Shown: one piece after another, positions 57,259 to 64,000 of the stretch
Position numbering within the stretch: the stretch's first letter is position 1
Layout of the letters: every line of letters begins with the position of its first letter
Assembly: GCA_044892525.1 (NCBI GenBank)
Contig: CM097885.1
Location: 39,806,001-39,870,000, forward strand
DNA: 64,000 bases
Reading direction: 5' to 3'
From: Schmidtea polychroa
Lineage: Eukaryota
Program-made: the position numbers and the translations under genes
Notes under the pieces: model-generated
Told to the model about the DNA's origin: nothing
Database searches by the model: none
Seen by the model: the letters and a program-made list of their open reading frames with translations, nothing else

Positions 57259-57318
57259 ATCCATCCAGCTCATGGAATCCTGGCAACAACGGAGATCAAA
57301 TGTGGAAAGCCATTCAAA
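57259..57318 (+). CDS. Host gene, probable third coding exon (60 nt)
   Basis: Acceptor ttctataattcag, donor A|GTAAGA, GC-richer island. Phase 1-1, continuing the frame as DPSSSWNPGNNGDQMWKAIQ. Confidence 0.72.
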
Positions 57319-57712
57319 GTAAGATTGTATAAATTCAATTAGTGTCAGTTGAAAGTTGAAAAACATACAAAATTATATTGACACATTGGTTGTTATGTGA
57401 ATGTGAATGTATAAATGTATAAACATATAAATAATTGAAAATATATGTATATATTTGTGTGTAGCAATTACAATTATAAAGATTTTATTTGATTTAGATA
57501 CTGTTATATAGAATTAATGAAGATTTACTTTTCTAGTAAACAGTCGGTGCAAATCTCATTGAAATTTTTTATTAGTCTTTTTGATATTGATTGGCACATT
57601 TTGCACAATCGACTAATGAGATAAATTTATTGTGACAAATAATTTGTTTTATGATTAATTATTATGGATATTTCATGAATTACATATCGCATTCTAATAA
57701 TTTTTTATAAAC

Positions 57713-57819
<107 letters not shown>

Positions 57820-60514
57820 GTTTATTATCGATAAATTTTATTTTTAATATTCGATAAGTCAATAAATTGTTTTAAAGTTATTAAAATAATTTATTGACTA
57901 ATATTCACATTTCACTAAATAAATATATCATTTTCAAAAATCTTTGAGGAATACATAAAAATTTGATCATATCAGTTCTTGTGAAAGTTCAGATATAAAA
58001 AAGGAAGGCTTTAATTTATTTTATTTGGTTTCCATTATATTTTCCCCTTTGTTTTCGATATAATGATTTAAAAACTATTTTACAACAGGTGAATTCCATC
58101 TAAAAAATAATAAATGTATGAGATAATCAATGTGGAAATAAAGTTTTTTGTTTTCCTTTTAAAATTTCATATATTTATAGATAAGCTTTTCCCCGCGTAA
58201 CAAAATTTTACTGTGTTCTTTTTATTATTTATTATAAAAAATTGTGTTAAATAGGTAAAAAATTATAAGAAATATATTCGCAATAAAAATAACTCTTAGA
58301 AATTTTCAGGTATTTCAGTTACCAAAACTTAAGTTACCGATAAGAAAATTTTCTCAAAATCACGGAAATCATTAATTAAAACGTTTTATTATTTGAATAA
58401 TATTTGAAATAAATTGTTCTTTATTTTATTCATGTAATAAAGAAACCTCTATTATTAAAAACCTCTAAAAAATATTTTAAAATTTAATGTGTCAAATAAA
58501 ATGTTTGGAAACCACTGATTAAAATTATGATGTTGACCTAGATTATGAGTGTGCAACATTTTGGATCATCTGAACAGTATCGTCGAACCTTTCTTTAATA
58601 TCAGTGTATCTATAACTAATCTAATAATTGTTGAAGAGATGTGAAGATTATTTTCAAGATGTTCATCTAAAACTTATTCTTATTTTATATCACGCGGAAC
58701 ACCAACCCTAACCCAAAATTTGAGATAAAATATTTTTTTAAGCAAGAACAACATATAAAATTCCTACAAAACCACCTGAATATATTTTCTTTAAAGTTGG
58801 ACCTCAGATAAGAATGAAGCGCGATTCATACGAAATTCATAATTATTTCAAAAATCTTGATATCAATTTCCATGTTTTTGTAACATTTTCACTCCTTACA
58901 AATGTTTGTTCAGAATTTCCAAATATTATAATATCTATTTATATTTTTATATTATTATAAGAACTTCTTTTGATTTTCACTTCTAATTTCTTTTCATTCT
59001 CAATTGACATTATATTTATTTAAAAATTGACTATGAATCAGTAAAGTTATCATAAATACATCGATATATTCACAGTTAATTTTTTAATAAATAAAATGTC
59101 ATTATTTTTATATGGTTTTATAAAAAAAATATTTTTTATAATTTAAATTAATTAATACAGGCGTTAAGAGGTTAATGTTATTTATTGCAATATGAAAAAT
59201 CTTAAACAAAGTGTATTATTATAAATATTATTATAGTGTATTATTATAGTGGATTATTATAAATTACAAAAATCTTTAATCATAATATTATTTCGTGTTT
59301 TAATTTTTATTTGAAATTATTTCAACAATAAAATTATTATTAGTAAAATCATTTAATAGAATTAACTTAAAATATAAAATATTTATTTTGGTATTTACTG
59401 TAGATAGATTTAAAAATTAATCTCGAAACACTTGAAAACTACATTATTGAAAATGTTAAATATAAAAAAAATATTGATCTCAACATGTCTCAAAAGAAAA
59501 AAATTAAAATCAAATAAAATTAGAGTAAAATTGGAATTATTAATATAAAATTTGAAACCTATTGAAATTAATTTTTTTAATATTTCTCGTGCAACCAAAA
59601 ATAATTATAGCAAACGTTGATATTTTGGTAATTTTCTAGGATAATTGAAATGAATAATAGTCTAAATATTTGTGTACTACAATAAATAATTTTAATATAT
59701 TAAAAAATAGAAATTTCGTTGAGAATAATTCATAGAATATTATTTCGAATTTCCTTAACTATTTCTCCAACAATTATAATTTTAAAAAATAGCTAAAAAT
59801 ACTTTAGGAAATATAATTGCTGCATAATTGACATTTTAACTGGGCGAACTTTTCTGGAAATTTATTTTGCAATTGTAAATTAAAAACAAAATCCAAAATA
59901 TTATGATGAATGGTTTTTGATTGTCAGATTAATTTCAGTTTATTTATAACATTTTTATTGACATCGAAATTATAACAAATTTTGTGTTGTGATATTTTTG
60001 ATTTTCAGATACAGGTGTAAATTCTTTAAATTTATTTTAATCACTCCGATGATCGCGATCTGTTGTGATATCAAACAAAAATATATAAAATTATTATCTT
60101 TAATCAATATAATTAAATAAAATTAAAGATTTTTCTGATAAATATATTAAATAGTTTTAGCATGTTAAAATCGTTATAAAATTCAGATGCTTAAAGATTA
60201 ATAAAAAAAACATATTTTCTTTATAATTTAATAATGACACGATATTTTGGAAATGATAAAAGGATTCCCATCGTTTCTTAGCACAGTCCTTGGCTTGGTA
60301 TTTAAAATAATCATTCGATTGAATTTTCAAATAAATATAATCAAGAGAGTTATTTCAACAGGAATAAATTTTTCATTAAAAAAAAACTACTGATGGGGAT
60401 TTTTTTTTCTATTTTATTGGGATACATGTAATAACATCTTTGCCAAGAATAACAATCAAGCCAAAAACATTTCAATGCCTGTGTTCTTTTGTAACTTTTA
60501 TAAATGTCGTACAA

Positions 60515-61073
60515 CAGGGTTTCTCAAACTTTTCTTGTGATGGAACATTTCTTTAATCCTGACATTTTAACAGAAAACCTTCTTTATTTGTTTTTGAATA
60601 AATGGAATAAAACAAAAGAAGCAACATATGAATTCTCAATAGTCGTCACTATCCTTCAATCATATCAGTCAAATTACCATGCCATTCTTTCATTAAAGTT
60701 CTTTAATTATAGTTCCTGTCTTTAAACAAAAATCCATTGATAGTTTTTGAATAATATTTAAATTTTGTAAAAAGAAAAACATTTTCAAAAAATAAAGGTC
60801 TAGTGTTATCTGAACAATTTTGATTCAATTTTGTTTAAATTTTAATGATTTAAACACCACAGACTTACTTGTGAAATATATAATATTTTGAAAATTTCAC
60901 ACGGTTTTCCAAACTGTTTTGTTTGATTCTTTTTATTCAGATTTGTAAATAATATTTATCAAGCGCGGTCAACCGATTTGACAACCTTGGCAACTGTTCC
61001 AGGTTTTCGAGGAACAACTATTTACTTTCATTAGAACACAAGTTTTTCGTGGAATATATTTTAGGAAGTACTG
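60515..61073. mobile_element. Buster/Charlie-type hAT non-autonomous element
   Basis: Ends CAGGGTTTCTCAAAC / TTTAGGAAGTACTG. Flanks TCGTACAA / ATATACAA (5/8, central TA typical of Buster targets). Confidence 0.65.
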
Positions 61074-61195
61074 ATATACAATACGATATACAAATACGAG
61101 AAAAAATACGAGAAAGACCAGTTCACATGTTAAAATTAAGGATTTAATTAGTTATTTAGAATGTCATTACAATTATTACTGTTATCATTATATAG

Positions 61196-61198
<3 letters not shown>

Positions 61199-61281
<83 letters not shown>

Positions 61282-61284
61282 ATA

Positions 61285-61373
<89 letters not shown>
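61199..61373. repeat. (TAT)n microsatellite
   Basis: Direct reading. Confidence 0.98.
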
Positions 61374-61374
<1 letters not shown>

Positions 61375-61431
61375 ATTAATTGCAACATAAATTAAATACT
61401 AAACAATTAATAAATGACAAAATAGGCTCTT

Positions 61432-61765
61432 GTTAATGTTAATAGGTAGTAATAGGTATGTTAATAGGTAGTTAGTGGCTCCTTGCCGCAAAAATCGCGG
61501 CAACTCGTTTTTTTGCTTTTTGATTACGTAATTGCGGCAGGAAGACACTCATATTTTTTTCAATACAAATAGAAGGGTCCTATAGAAAAAAGCCAGGATT
61601 TCTCTGACTATAGTCAGCAGCTCTCGATGGAACCTGGTCTACACTAAAAAAGCATAGAATTTTCTGACTATAGTGAGGGGGTCTCCTTGGTCCTGGGATT
61701 TTTAATACAAAATCCGACTATCACTAAAAAAGCATGGATTTTTCTAATTAAATTAAGGTGGGTCT
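61432..61765. repeat. Structured repeat cluster, probable TE terminus
   Basis: Three taataggta repeats, hairpin ttgccgc..gcggcaa (61482-61503), and three copies of an aaaaaagc..ga.tt..ct(g)a.ta motif (~61586, 61645, 61725). Confidence 0.5.
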
Positions 61766-62432
61766 ATTAAAATTTCTTACATATTAAAACTTGTCACATA
61801 AACTTATCTTATAATTTATAAATTTTTAATAATATTATTATCAATAATTATAACCAACAGATTATCACTGATTGTCCAAAAATGTCAATATCCTGAAGCT
61901 TTAAATTGTTTCATAGATCATTTATATTATTGTTTCATATGTCAAAACAACCTTTGAAAGGATTACGCATAAGAGGAGGATAATTTCCCAAAGACATATT
62001 ATTTGTAAAATATTTAACACTGCAAATGAATTGAAACTCGCCAGATAAATATAAATTATGATAATTAAAAATCAAAATAACTTAATTCTTAGGCTTTGAC
62101 CCTCGGACATATGAAATGGTTATCTTATATAAATAACCAACAGTAGCTATTCTAATTGCCTTAAGAACTTAAAACATGAATTTTGAACAGAAATAATTAA
62201 TCTGATGTAAATTGTGTAATAAGAAAAAGTATTGTAATTACTATTTAATGTTATAAAAAGTCGGAAATTATAAGGAATATTTGTGTAAGTTTGATTTCAG
62301 TTCCTCATTTTTCGTACTGCTGAAATATTTTTTGATTTTAGAAACATTGTTGAACATTGAATTTTGGATCTCGTAAATGAAAAGTTTTATATAATATAAT
62401 ACTAATAATTATTATTAGTCATTATTATTATA

Positions 62433-62433
<1 letters not shown>

Positions 62434-62498
<65 letters not shown>

Positions 62499-62519
62499 AT
62501 TAATATTATTATTATTATT
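62434..62519. repeat. (TAT)n microsatellite
   Basis: Direct reading. Confidence 0.95.
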
Positions 62520-64000
62520 GTTTGAATTCTCCTAATTTTTTCCAGTATTTATATTTTCCATCAGATAATAAACATATTGAACAAATAATTTCAATTCAGA
62601 CATCATTTGTGTGTTTTGAGGCTATAAATATTTAGCAGTAAAAATTGCTGTCAGCGATTCAAAAGAATAATAAACAACAATAAACATTTTTTAATTTTGA
62701 CAATTATTCTAATTTTACTGCTAGTCTTTAATAAAATAAAAATTAATTTTAGATTTATTGATTAATGATCATAAAATTATATTTGAACTTAAAAATCATA
62801 GTATTGCATAAGAGATTAGAGATAAAATTTTGTTTCCTATTTGTAAATAAATTTACTATATTAATAAGAAATCAACGTAACAAAACATATTTTTCCATTT
62901 AAATATCAGTATAATATTTATTTTCATTTAACAATAAAAATAATTTATTATCAATTAAATTTTAATTTCTTATTTAACCATAAACTTCCTGGTGAGGAAT
63001 TTATATAAAGACCATAGTCTATTTTTCTTTTAAAATGGCTTTCTTACAAAAAAATCAAAATTTTTAAGTTTGTTTTTATTAATTTATGCTTTAATTTAGC
63101 TGATACTTTATAATGTATGAATATTAGAGTAAGTTTATTAAATTAGTAAACTAATAATTAGTATTTATTCGACACTCGGAAAATAAATATTTTAACATTG
63201 ACGTGCCTCCCTCAGCATTTCTTAAATCTACCACTTTCAATTCCACAATTTTTTACACCGCAAAATTATCATTGTTTATCATTTGCAAATAAATACAATA
63301 ATTTCTACAGATTTAATGTTAATTGTCAAACAATCACTTAGTTTCGAATTTAAGAAAAAATTCCACCACTGATAAAAAATTAAAAGCAGTAAATTCTTTA
63401 ATATTTTCACCATTGATCGACTATTTTCTTTTCATTTCAATAAATTTCATCAATTAGTATGTAATTAAAAATTTAATTAAATTTATTGATCTACGGTTTT
63501 ATTAAAGAGAAGATAAACAAAATAAATTTCAAAAAATAAACAAAACTAAATCACTAATAATTATAATTTTAATTTAAAGAAAAAAAATGTAAAATAACTG
63601 TCACGATAATTAAACAAAATATTCTACTCTTTTTTTTCAATTGAATTACAGTGGAAATATTTTTCGCTACAAAAAATAAAATTTTAAAATAAAATCTTAT
63701 TAACTAATTTAGATGAATTAATAAAAAGAAATATTCACATCAACTGTCTATCCAAATCGAATTAAATTAACTTAGTTTTTTCTAGTGCTTCGTGCTTTAT
63801 GAAGATTCACATTGAATAGCATCAAAAATTAAAATAAAAACATTATTAATTGATTTTTCAAAGAAAAACTTTCATTTTAAATTTTCTCTTCATTTATCAA
63901 TCGAGCATTACAAACAGATTTTTGCACTGAACTGCTTTGTTGTTGTTAAAATTTATTTTATAAAGAAACCAAACAAAAAATTTCAAAAATTATAATTTGA

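Overview
Very AT-rich, repeat-dense eukaryotic DNA, not prokaryotic: there are spliceosomal introns, many long (AAT)n tracts and no operons. The style resembles a flatworm or planarian-type genome, but that is inference only. Most recognisable sequence is decayed transposable elements. These include Ty3/Gypsy LTR retrotransposons (two long internal remnants, a ~1.5 kb solo-LTR-like unit, LTR, gag and integrase fragments), two Penelope-like element (PLE) 3' ends with GIY-YIG endonuclease, a Tigger/pogo element, a Tc3-like fragment, several hAT transposase relics, and hAT and piggyBac MITEs with clean target-site duplications (TSDs). There is also a 3x581 bp tandem repeat. One host protein-coding gene begins at 44497 (+). 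Three frame-compatible exons can be read (44497-44563, 44667-44951, 57259-57318); they encode a low-complexity N-terminus that I cannot name, and the gene runs off the window. The most interesting unannotated structure is that both PLE ends carry a minimal hammerhead-ribozyme motif and then terminate directly in an (AAT)n microsatellite. Short dispersed copies of one ribozyme-bearing end occur elsewhere, one with an inverted terminus. I found no convincing evidence of a wholly new biological system. All calls come from reading motifs by eye, and many boundaries are approximate.
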